A stretch of DNA of 64,000 bases from Alphaproteobacteria bacterium (GTDB lineage: Bacteria; Pseudomonadota; Alphaproteobacteria; UBA11073): contig CBDFFW010000001.1 of assembly GCA_965246945.1 (NCBI GenBank), positions 1,142,691 to 1,206,690 on the forward strand, in the 5' to 3' direction. A program made the translations under genes and the position numbers. Below the pieces are notes generated by a model, which saw only the letters and a list, made by a program, of their open reading frames with translations, did no database searches and had not been told where the DNA came from. Every line of letters starts with the position of its first letter. Position 1 is the first letter of the stretch. Below, piece after piece: positions 55,812 through 64,000 of this stretch.

Positions 55812-57722
55812 ATGTTCGATGTCATGCAAGTGGAAAGCGGAACCCGTATTCGGGTGGATCATACCCGCAATGATTTGCTAACCGCATTTGGTAAGGCCAC
55901 TTTGGCTGACCGGTATCTGCTGCCCGAAGATGAATCCTTTCAGGATGTTTTTGCGCGCGTTGCGACTTATTATTCCGATGATAGTGCGCATGCCCAGCGG
56001 TTATATGATTATATCAGCAATTTGTGGTTTATGCCGTCCACGCCTGTCCTTTCCAATGGCGGAACCGAACGTGGTTTGCCGATTTCGTGTTTTTTGAACG
56101 AAGCGCGCGATAGCCTTGAAGGCATTGTCGGCTTATGGAATGAAAATGTGTGGCTGGCGGCACGCGGTGGCGGGATTGGCAGCTATTGGGGTAATTTGCG
56201 CGGGATTGGTGAAAGTGTGCGCGGCGCGGGTAAAACCAGTGGAATTGTGCCGTTTATTAAAGTGATGGACAGCCAGACATTGGCGATTTCACAAGGCTCT
56301 CTCCGCCGCGGCTCGGCGGCGGTTTATCTGCCGATCACGCATCCGGAAATTGAAGAATTTATTGAAATTCGTCGGCCAACCGGTGGTGACCCGAACCGGA
56401 AAGCGCTTAACCTGCATCATGCGGTGGTGATCACTGATGCCTTTATGCGGGCGGTCGCTAATGATGATGAATGGGCGCTGACCTCGCCCAAAGACGGCCA
56501 GGTGATGGAGCGTGTTTCTGCCCGCGGGTTATGGATTAGAATTCTGACTGCCCGCGTGGAAACAGGTGAACCGTATATTTTATATATCGACCATGTCAAC
56601 CGCGCGATTCCGGAGCATCATAAGCTCGCGGGTTTGAATGTGAAAATGTCAAACCTGTGCAGCGAAATTACGTTGCCGACTGGCGTTGATCAATTTGGTA
56701 AAGAAAGGACAGCCGTGTGTTGCTTGTCTTCATTGAATTTAGAAAAATTCCTGGAATGGCAAGACCATCCAACTTTTGTCGAAGATTGCCTGCGTTTCCT
56801 CGATAACGTGCTCGAAGACTTTATTAAAAAAGCGCCGGATGATATGTGGCGTGCCAAATATGCGGCGCAGCGGGAACGCTCGGTCGGGCTTGGCGTGATG
56901 GGTCTACACAGCTTCCTGCAAAGCCAAAGCGTGCCAATTGAATCGGTGATGGCCAAAGTTTGGAACAACCGGATTTTCCAACAAATTAAACGCCAGGCCG
57001 ATGCCGCAAGCGTGAAACTGGCACATGAGCGTGGCCCCTGCCCGGATGCGGCGGATTACGGCATTATGGAACGCTTTTCTAATAAAATGGCGATTGCCCC
57101 AACTGCGTCAATTTCGATTATTACGGGCGGAACTTCGCCAGGGATTGAACCGATTGCCGCTAATGTGTTTACGCATAAAACGCTGTCGGGCTCATTTGAA
57201 GTGAGGAATGAAAGCTTGCAGCGGTTATTGGCCGAAAAAGGTGAAGACAAACCGGAAACCTGGCATTCGATTACCGTCAATGGTGGTTCCGTCCAGCATC
57301 TGGATTTCATGAGTGAGCATGAAAAAATGGTTTATAAAACGGCGTTTGAATTAGATCAGCGCTGGTTGATCGAGTTGGCCGGTGACCGCACGCCATTTAT
57401 TTGCCAGGCGCAATCGCTGAATATTTTCTTGCCGGCGGATGTGCATAAACGGGATTTGCACAAAATCCATTTTATGGCCTGGGAACGCGGCATTAAATCG
57501 CTGTATTACTGCCGGTCACTGTCGATCCAACGCGCTGAAAGTTCGGATGCGAGTAGCGAGAAAAATCTGGCTTCGCACCGCGCCGCGGTCGACCAAGTGC
57601 CTGGTGAGGCAGAAAAAATGACTGGCCAAGTGCCACCATTATCCGGCGAATTTGAACCACGCCTGCCGTTATCGATGCCGCAGGAAGTGGCAAATTACGA
57701 AGAATGCTTGGCTTGCCAGTAA
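55812..57722 (+). CDS. nrdA: Class I ribonucleoside-diphosphate reductase alpha subunit (short form, no ATP-cone)
   Basis: 636 aa with the active site SNLCSEI (Asn-Cys-Glu), PISCFL, MAIAPTASIS, and a C-terminal redox pair C-L-A-C-Q. Confidence 0.9.
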   Translation: MFDVMQVESGTRIRVDHTRNDLLTAFGKATLADRYLLPEDESFQDVFARVATYYSDDSAHAQRLYDYISNLWFMPSTPVLSNGGTERGLPISCFLNEARDSLEGIVGLWNENVWLAARGGGIGSYWGNLRGIGESVRGAGKTSGIVPFIKVMDSQTLAISQGSLRRGSAAVYLPITHPEIEEFIEIRRPTGGDPNRKALNLHHAVVITDAFMRAVANDDEWALTSPKDGQVMERVSARGLWIRILTARVETGEPYILYIDHVNRAIPEHHKLAGLNVKMSNLCSEITLPTGVDQFGKERTAVCCLSSLNLEKFLEWQDHPTFVEDCLRFLDNVLEDFIKKAPDDMWRAKYAAQRERSVGLGVMGLHSFLQSQSVPIESVMAKVWNNRIFQQIKRQADAASVKLAHERGPCPDAADYGIMERFSNKMAIAPTASISIITGGTSPGIEPIAANVFTHKTLSGSFEVRNESLQRLLAEKGEDKPETWHSITVNGGSVQHLDFMSEHEKMVYKTAFELDQRWLIELAGDRTPFICQAQSLNIFLPADVHKRDLHKIHFMAWERGIKSLYYCRSLSIQRAESSDASSEKNLASHRAAVDQVPGEAEKMTGQVPPLSGEFEPRLPLSMPQEVANYEECLACQ

Positions 57723-57727
57723 ATTTT

Positions 57728-57806
57728 GTCATCCTCAATCGACCAACGAGAAGCTGGAGATCCATATCTCAATTATGTGGATCCCCGCGCTGTGCGCGAG
57801 GATGAC
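57728..57806. repeat. Family C palindromic element immediately after the nrdA stop
   Basis: GTCATCCTCAATCGACC...GGAGATCC ... GGATCCCCGCGCTGTGCGCGAGGATGAC with TTGTCATCC / GGATGACAA termini. Confidence 0.7.
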
Positions 57807-58132
57807 AACAAAGAGTAATTTGTATATTTAAGATTTAATGAAACTCATTACCGATAACCAAGGCCGTGTTATTGCGCTGAGCAATTTCCTGTTCCCGCCC
57901 TGGCAAATAAGTTACCGCAATTATTTTTAAAAGATCTACTAACTATTCCGATTGGTTTGATCTTCATTTGTGTATTTATGCGTAGTTTTCTGCCAGTGCA
58001 TATCAGCATTTGGCCAGATTTTTCGGTGGTGACCCATGTCTCGCACTATAGTGATAAGACAAATGCTTATTTGATTATTTTAGACAAGGCGGCTTTTCAA
58101 AATGCGACGGCTCAACAGGGCACTAAAAAATT

Positions 58133-58483
58133 TTAAAATTTAATACCAATTTTTGGCAGCAAATAAGTTGTGCCTACATAAAGTAATGCCGTAATCACAC
58201 AGCAAATGGCCAAGGCAAAATAGAAGTTAATTCCGGCATTTAATAAGCGCGGCAAGATCAAAAACATGGGAAGCGATGGCAACACTAACCAAAATGTTGC
58301 TTCCGAATGCAGTGCCAGCCTTTTTGAGTCTTTCGTTTCCTGCCATAACCAAATCATACCCAACACCGAAACAACCGGTAGTGAAGCAACCAAGGCACCG
58401 AAAGCAGCATTGCGTTTGGCGACTTCAGAAATCAGCAGCACGATAATGCCGGAAATGAAACTTTTTAAAACGAGGTAGGCCAT
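58133..58483 (-). CDS. DUF3147-family small membrane protein
   Basis: 116 aa with four predicted TM helices. The pattern (FISGIIVLLISEVAKRN...GALVASLP) is recalled from DUF3147. Confidence 0.6.
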   Translation of the reverse strand: MAYLVLKSFISGIIVLLISEVAKRNAAFGALVASLPVVSVLGMIWLWQETKDSKRLALHSEATFWLVLPSLPMFLILPRLLNAGINFYFALAICCVITALLYVGTTYLLPKIGIKF

Positions 58484-58494
58484 TATACGGTCAA

Positions 58495-59397
58495 TTAATT
58501 GGCGGCTGTTGTTTCAACTGGCTTTATCCGGCGGACGCGCAGGCGTTTGACGCGGCGGTTATCGGCTTCTAGAATATCGAAAGCAATGCCATTGGGATGT
58601 TCGACTGTTTCGCCGCGTTTGGGGACGCGGTCGTGCAAGGCCATCACTAAACCGGCCAGCGTGTCTGCCTCTTCATATTCGGCATCGGACAGAATATTAT
58701 CGCCAACGGTGCGGGCAAAATCGTCTAAGGACAGACGCGCATCGCTTAGCCAAATGCCATCACCCAGCGCGATCATTTTTGGCTGCGCATGATCCCGTTC
58801 ATCTTCAATATCGCCGACGATTTGTTCAAGCAGATCTTCAATGGTTACTAAGCCATCAATCCCGCCATATTCATCGATCACCATCGCCATATGCACGCGG
58901 GTTTGCCGCATTTCTAGTAGCAGGTCCAAAACCGGCATAGACGGCACTACGAATTTGGTATCACGGATCACACGGCCCAAATCAAAATTCTGCTCAGTAA
59001 CCAGGCTATCCAAAATATCCTTGATATGCACCACGCCGATCACTTCATCCAATTCGCCGCGGTAAACTGGCAGACGGCTGAAAGGATGCTCGACAATTAT
59101 TTTGAGTAAATCCTGCAAACCGCAATTAAGCTCAACGGCGATGATATCCGCCCGCGGGGTCATCACATCAACCACGGTAAGTTCATGTAGATCGAGCAGT
59201 TTTTCGGATAAAATAGCCTGCTGGGTTTGTTCTTCGGCTGGCATATCCCCTTCTGTCCCACGGCTATCATTCAATGCTGGTTCAGGCTGCCATAATTTTT
59301 GCAGCCAGGCACGCCAGGGTTGTGCCTTGGCAAGTGGTGTTCCGTTCGGCTTATACGGACTAAACGGTTCAGGGGATTCGGGTTCGGGGTTATTCAT
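58495..59397 (-). CDS. corC: CBS-pair plus CorC_HlyC domain protein (CorC/TlyC family)
   Basis: 300 aa with V.DVMTPR.DI, a CBS pair, and the C-terminal transporter-associated domain (GLVMALHDRVPKRGE...F.ILEAD.RRVKRLRV). It overlaps ybeY by 8 nt, the canonical ybeY-corC order. Confidence 0.85.
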   Translation of the reverse strand: MNNPEPESPEPFSPYKPNGTPLAKAQPWRAWLQKLWQPEPALNDSRGTEGDMPAEEQTQQAILSEKLLDLHELTVVDVMTPRADIIAVELNCGLQDLLKIIVEHPFSRLPVYRGELDEVIGVVHIKDILDSLVTEQNFDLGRVIRDTKFVVPSMPVLDLLLEMRQTRVHMAMVIDEYGGIDGLVTIEDLLEQIVGDIEDERDHAQPKMIALGDGIWLSDARLSLDDFARTVGDNILSDAEYEEADTLAGLVMALHDRVPKRGETVEHPNGIAFDILEADNRRVKRLRVRRIKPVETTAAN

Positions 59398-59884
59398 CGT
59401 TTAAGTAAGGGAGATAGGGATTGGGTGCACCAGCTTGGCTCAAGATTTCAATTTCCCAATTATGCATGATTTCAGTGTCTGTGTCACCATCATGCGTAAA
59501 ACCCAGTAAATGCAAGGTGCCATGCACCACAAGATGCTGAATATGGGCCAGTGGCAATATGCCCAGCGTTTGGGCCTCGGCAGCAATGGTTTCATAGGCC
59601 AGCACCAAATCACCTAACGGGATTTCAGATAAAAAATCTGGCGGGTTTTCCAGATAACCGGCTGGGAAAGATAGAATATTGGTAGGCTTATCCTTGCCGC
59701 GCCATTGGGTATTTAACTGTTGGATTTCAGCGTTATTGGTCCACAAAATATCAACTGTTAAACGTGGCGGCAGGTTTTCTTTGGCCATGGTGGTTAATAC
59801 TAGTAGCCGTTGCAAGCCTGGCCGCTGTCCGGCCAATAAAGGGCGCCAGGCTGGATTTTTAACCCGATGTGTGACTTTTATCAT
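59390..59884 (-). CDS. ybeY: rRNA maturation endoribonuclease YbeY
   Basis: 164 aa with the zinc motif HLVVHGTLHLLGFTH and TNILSFP. Confidence 0.92.
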   Translation of the reverse strand: MIKVTHRVKNPAWRPLLAGQRPGLQRLLVLTTMAKENLPPRLTVDILWTNNAEIQQLNTQWRGKDKPTNILSFPAGYLENPPDFLSEIPLGDLVLAYETIAAEAQTLGILPLAHIQHLVVHGTLHLLGFTHDGDTDTEIMHNWEIEILSQAGAPNPYLPYLNDE

Positions 59885-59982
59885 ACGCTTATACCACTAT
59901 AAGCAGTAAATTACGGCAGGCAAAGCCTGGCGAAGGGGCAGAGATTGCCAAATCAGCGCAACAACCGCTATCGGTAAAATGG

Positions 59983-62304
59983 ATGCGCCAAAAATTGGCA
60001 TGGATGGTGGGTTTGGCGGGCTTGGGATTATTCCTCAGCGTGGCACCAACTTACGCCGCCATTCAAGGCAAAACCCCGATTGAATTTACCAAACCGACCG
60101 ATACCGATTACCTGTTATGGGCCGATGAAGTTGAAACGCTAAGCCAAGGCCATGTGGTGATTGCGCGCGGCACTGTGCAAATTGTGAATCAGCCTTATAC
60201 GTTGCTGGCCGATGAAGTTGAATACCACCAGGATACCGGCGAAATTTACGCGCGCGGCCATGTGCGGTTGGTGCAGGATACCGGCGAAATGGTGGTTGCG
60301 GATGAGTTAGAGTTGAACAAACAGCTGGGCGTGGGTAATGCGTCCCAATTCGGGATGTTGTTTAAAGATAAATCGCGGCTATTAGCGCGGGAAGCGCATC
60401 GGGAACATACGGATGATGGCAAAACACTAACTGTGCTGGAGCGCGGAACATTCACTTCATGCGAATTGTGCAAGGAAGATCCCAGCCGACCGCCCATTTG
60501 GCAATTGCATGCCAAAGAAATCCGCCGTGATGAAACAGATCAGCGGATTATTTATCACGATGCGTGGATGGACATGTGGGGCCTGCCGATTTTTTATACG
60601 CCCTATTTTTCGCATCCGGATCCCAGTATCAAACAGAAAAGCGGGTTTTTACCGCCCAGATTTGTTGAACGGAGCGATATCGGCTTTGTCTCACGTGGTT
60701 ATTACTATGATGCCATTGCGCCTGATCAAGATGCCACATTTGAATTAGGCAATGCCAGCAAACAAGGTCCATTGGGCGGTGTGCAATGGCGGCGGCGGTA
60801 TCGGAATGGTATTATCAGTTTAGGCGGCAGCGCCGCTGAAGGCGATATCGCCACCAATAAAGGCACGATTTATGATACCGAGCGCTGGCAATATAATGGT
60901 CAGGGCCGTTTCGATTTATCGAATACCTGGCGCACGGGTTTTGAAGTTGCCCGCACCAGCGATGATAACTTTTTGCGGCAATATAATTATAAGTATACCG
61001 ATGTGTTGCGTAACCGGGCATTCGCCGAACGTTTTACAGAGCGCAGCTGGTTGAGTATTGAAGGTTATCAATTCCAGGATTTGCGGATTATTACGCCAGG
61101 CACCCAGCCCAATATTTTACCCTGGGTGCGGTATAGTGCCACGGGCAAAGCTGGCCAGACTTTTGGCGGGCGATGGAGTTTGGATGGCAGTTTCCTGGGC
61201 ATTGCGCGCTCAGATGATTTGCAGGATGTGCAGCGGAGTTCGGGCAATTTAGGTTGGCAGCGGCAGGATATTAACCGCGCGACCGGTTTGGTCAGCCGGT
61301 GGGATGCCAATATACGCGCTGATAATTATTGGGTACAAAATGCCGATCCAGCCTTGGGCGGTTCCATCACGGATAACAACTATAACGCTAGCCGGTTAAT
61401 ACCATTGGCGCGTTATGGTTTAAGCTATCCATTGCAGCAGTTAAGCGCGAATAAAAAGCTAACTTATGTGTTAACACCGGAGATTGCCCTGCAAACCATG
61501 CCGCGCTTGCGCAACAACGATATCCCTGATGAAGACAGCCAAAACCCAGAGATTGAGGCGACCAATTTATTTAGCACCAATCGCTATCAAGGCTTGGACC
61601 GCGTTGAAGACGGCACGCGCGTGACTTACGGCGCACGGGTAGCGGCTTACCACAATCGCATGGGCAGCAATGCTTCCTTTATGTTCGGGCAAAGTTACCA
61701 ATTGGCAGGCCGTGAAAATTATCCGATTAATTCCGGTTTAACCGATCATCAATCCGATTGGGTTGGCCAATTTTTGGCGATGCATAAAGACGAGGTTGAT
61801 ATCGATTACCGGTTCCGCTTAAACGGTGATAATTTTACTTCCGAACGGCATGAAGTTAATTGGGGCTTGGGGCGCGGCATTTTGCGGTGGAGCGGTACTT
61901 ATTTGCTGAATAATAACATTGCCAATAATACGGCCACAACCAGCACGGCAACGACAACCGATGCCAGCACTTTCCCAACCACGCATGAACAATTGCATAA
62001 TCAGTTCACGACTAGAATTAATAAACAATGGGCCTCCACTTTTTACGATTTGCGCGATTTGGGCGGCGGCAGTTATGAAAGTGGTTTATTAAACCGCGGT
62101 ATTCAGTTTACGTATGATGATGAATGCTTTTCATTCCATATCAGCGCGCAACGGGATTACACCTCACGCCGCGGAGAATCTTCCGGTGATACTTTCTCGT
62201 TCACGCTAAGCTTTAAAAACTTGGGCGATGTTTCAAGTCCAACCCTGTCGCCGGATGATATTAACAACGGTACGAGCGGTAATTTAACTAACTTTAGAAA
62301 ATAA
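59983..62304 (+). CDS. lptD: LPS-assembly outer-membrane protein LptD
   Basis: 773 aa with a signal peptide, an N-terminal OstA-like domain (ADEVEY....G...A.G.V.L), and PIFYTPYFSHPDPS...KSGFL.P followed by a large beta-barrel. Confidence 0.9.
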   Translation: MRQKLAWMVGLAGLGLFLSVAPTYAAIQGKTPIEFTKPTDTDYLLWADEVETLSQGHVVIARGTVQIVNQPYTLLADEVEYHQDTGEIYARGHVRLVQDTGEMVVADELELNKQLGVGNASQFGMLFKDKSRLLAREAHREHTDDGKTLTVLERGTFTSCELCKEDPSRPPIWQLHAKEIRRDETDQRIIYHDAWMDMWGLPIFYTPYFSHPDPSIKQKSGFLPPRFVERSDIGFVSRGYYYDAIAPDQDATFELGNASKQGPLGGVQWRRRYRNGIISLGGSAAEGDIATNKGTIYDTERWQYNGQGRFDLSNTWRTGFEVARTSDDNFLRQYNYKYTDVLRNRAFAERFTERSWLSIEGYQFQDLRIITPGTQPNILPWVRYSATGKAGQTFGGRWSLDGSFLGIARSDDLQDVQRSSGNLGWQRQDINRATGLVSRWDANIRADNYWVQNADPALGGSITDNNYNASRLIPLARYGLSYPLQQLSANKKLTYVLTPEIALQTMPRLRNNDIPDEDSQNPEIEATNLFSTNRYQGLDRVEDGTRVTYGARVAAYHNRMGSNASFMFGQSYQLAGRENYPINSGLTDHQSDWVGQFLAMHKDEVDIDYRFRLNGDNFTSERHEVNWGLGRGILRWSGTYLLNNNIANNTATTSTATTTDASTFPTTHEQLHNQFTTRINKQWASTFYDLRDLGGGSYESGLLNRGIQFTYDDECFSFHISAQRDYTSRRGESSGDTFSFTLSFKNLGDVSSPTLSPDDINNGTSGNLTNFRK

Positions 62305-62307
62305 GCG

Positions 62308-63402
62308 CTAATTTAAAACGGTGCGGACTAAATCAGTTGGCACATTTTTAACCATTTGCGCAGAGCCAATTTTATTTAACAGGATGAAATTTAATTGGCC
62401 ATCAGTGGTTTTTTTATCGCGTTGCATACAAGCCAAAACATCAGCAGCAGAAAAATTTCCGAATAGTTTAGGATCGGTTGGTAAGCCGGTATTTTGTAGA
62501 TGGGTGTGAATACGTTGCACCACAGTTTCATCGCACAAACCCATGATTTGTGATAATTTAGCTGCTTGGATTAAGCCCAATGCTACCGCTTCACCATGCA
62601 GCAATTTATCGCTATAACCGCATAAGGCTTCATAAGCATGGCCAAAAGTGTGGCCGAGATTGAGCAGTGCACGTTCGCCGCTTTCTTCAAATTCATCTGT
62701 GCCAACAATTTGCGCTTTGCTGTGACAGGAAATTTCGATGGCGTGCTGTAAAGCAATTATATCTTTGTTCAGCAACTTTTTGCCGTGCGCTTCGCACCAG
62801 GCAAAAAAGTCTGGATCCTTAATCAGCCCATATTTGATGATTTCAGCATAACCCGCCCGCATTTCGCGTGGTGAGAGTGTTTGCAACGTATCAATATCAA
62901 TGATCACTGCTTTAGGCTGATAAAAAGCACCAACGAGGTTTTTGCCCTGCGGCGTGTTGATGCCCGTTTTACCCCCTACGCTGCTATCCACCATGGCAAG
63001 CAAGCTGGTTGGCACTTGAATAAATGGCAGACCGCGTAAAATACTGGCGGCGGCAAAACCGGCTAAATCACCAATGACTCCGCCGCCCAGGGCGATGACC
63101 ATTGTCTGGCGATCGATTCCAAATCCCAAAACTTGCTCGCAAACAGATTGGAAGGTGGCAAAGTTTTTGCTACCCTCCCCCGCTGCTACCGTCACTATTC
63201 CTTTTAAAATTACACCACTTTGCTGAAGTGAATCCTGGATCGCTGCCGCATAAAGCGGCTCTACATTTTGATCGGTAATAATAACCGCTTGTTTGGTTGC
63301 TAATCGCCCTAAATATTGCCCGGTTTGCGCCAATAATCCTTGCCCAATATCGATTGCATAGCTGCGTGCACCTAATTCTACCGTAACTGTTTTTGTTTTC
63401 AT
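62308..63402 (-). CDS. aroB: 3-dehydroquinate synthase
   Basis: 364 aa with GGGVIGDLAGFAAA, VPTSLLA.VDSSVGGKTG.N, and LNLGHTFGHA...HGEAV. Confidence 0.95.
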   Translation of the reverse strand: MKTKTVTVELGARSYAIDIGQGLLAQTGQYLGRLATKQAVIITDQNVEPLYAAAIQDSLQQSGVILKGIVTVAAGEGSKNFATFQSVCEQVLGFGIDRQTMVIALGGGVIGDLAGFAAASILRGLPFIQVPTSLLAMVDSSVGGKTGINTPQGKNLVGAFYQPKAVIIDIDTLQTLSPREMRAGYAEIIKYGLIKDPDFFAWCEAHGKKLLNKDIIALQHAIEISCHSKAQIVGTDEFEESGERALLNLGHTFGHAYEALCGYSDKLLHGEAVALGLIQAAKLSQIMGLCDETVVQRIHTHLQNTGLPTDPKLFGNFSAADVLACMQRDKKTTDGQLNFILLNKIGSAQMVKNVPTDLVRTVLN

Positions 63403-63408
63403 TATGCT

Positions 63409-63483
63409 ACCTCATCTTGAGCTTGTCGAAGGATGCTCCAGCTAACATCCAAGTTAAGCATCCTTCGACAAGCTCAGGATGAG
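63409..63483. repeat. Full family B palindromic element (75 bp) between aroB and tilS
   Basis: CCTCATCTTGAGCTTGTCGAAGGATGC ... GCATCCTTCGACAAGCTCAGGATGAGG. The right arm is identical to 47601-47632. Confidence 0.8.
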
Positions 63484-63520
63484 GAAAGTTAGAATATCTA
63501 CTGTTTTTTGGCTATCATTT

Positions 63521-64000
63521 TTGAAAGTGACGGAATCACTCACCCCTGTTGAATTTGCCGATTGTATGGCAGCGCTGGCCCCGTATGAACCAGCGCCAGT
63601 GTTAGCTATGGGTGTATCAGGAGGTGGTGACAGCATGGCATTGTTGTGCCTGGCTGATTTTTGGGCACGGCCCCAGGGCGGGCGGGTTATTGCCTTAACG
63701 GTTGATCATCAATTACGTGTTGAAAGCGCGGCGGAAGCCAAGCAGGTAGCTCAGTGGTGCCAAGCATTGGGGATCGAACATCATATTTTAAATTGGGCAG
63801 GCAACAAGCCTACTACTGCTATTCAAGCCAATGCTCGCCAAGTGCGGTATGATTTATTGGAAACATTTTGCCGGCAGCAGCACATTTTGCATTTGCTAAC
63901 CGCCCATCACCAAGATGATCAGGCTGAAACCGTTTTTTTACGTTTTATTAAAGGCAGCAGTTTGATTGGCCTGGCCGGTATGCAAGCGGTCAACTATCGT
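63521..64000 (+). CDS. tilS: tRNA(Ile)-lysidine synthase, 5' part; continues beyond the window
   Basis: The open frame to the window edge contains the PP-loop LAMGVSGGGDSMALL, then LTVDHQLR and TAHHQDDQAET. The start is ambiguous: TTG 63521, GTG 63527, or an in-frame ATG at 63479 inside the repeat. Confidence 0.85.
   Translation, partial: MKVTESLTPVEFADCMAALAPYEPAPVLAMGVSGGGDSMALLCLADFWARPQGGRVIALTVDHQLRVESAAEAKQVAQWCQALGIEHHILNWAGNKPTTAIQANARQVRYDLLETFCRQQHILHLLTAHHQDDQAETVFLRFIKGSSLIGLAGMQAVNYR

Overview
This window looks like a dense, mostly housekeeping chromosomal segment from an alphaproteobacterium-like genome. That assignment is inferred from gene content: rpsB-tsf, DUF4164-zapA-6S RNA, a CckA-like hybrid kinase, ctaA, lptD, ybeY-corC and a short cone-less class I nrdA. 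About 65 CDS can be supported, including tsaD, mdh, rpsD, rpsB, tsf, prs, nuoE, a TrpE/PabB-family enzyme, folC-folP-folK, zapA, accC, gatB, ileS, flhA, leuC, rsmA, ctaA, uppP, mscL, purD, dnaN, nrdA, ybeY, lptD, aroB and the 5' part of tilS. There is also one tRNA-Leu(CAA), a probable 6S RNA, three type II toxin-antitoxin pairs (HicAB, RelE/ParE-like, YefM-YoeB) each with a visible operator-like palindrome, and an inactivated SDR gene. Three things stand out. (1) At least three families of short palindromic (MITE/RPE-like) repeats are scattered through the window. Several sit in frame inside essential genes (twice in ileS, once each in folC and the TrpE/PabB gene) or supply the C-termini of two glycosyltransferases. 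(2) One copy of the GTCATCCC...GGGATGAC family is expanded. Its perfect 25-bp terminal inverted repeats bracket a small GIY-YIG nuclease ORF, and that ORF reads through the repeat into folK as a single 285-codon frame. This is a candidate autonomous parent of the short elements. (3) A 1428-aa protein (two TM helices, a coiled coil of over 1000 aa, a globular C-terminal domain) lies directly upstream of an otherwise orphan flhA. Also notable are a type III PKS - methyltransferase - flavoprotein cluster packed against a soluble hybrid histidine kinase, and several AT-rich orphan ORFs, one a lipoprotein with a DUF4157-like HELTHAVQ zincin motif. No rRNA, CRISPR array, integrase or transposase gene is visible. 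All family assignments come from reading motifs in the supplied translations; no database search was run.
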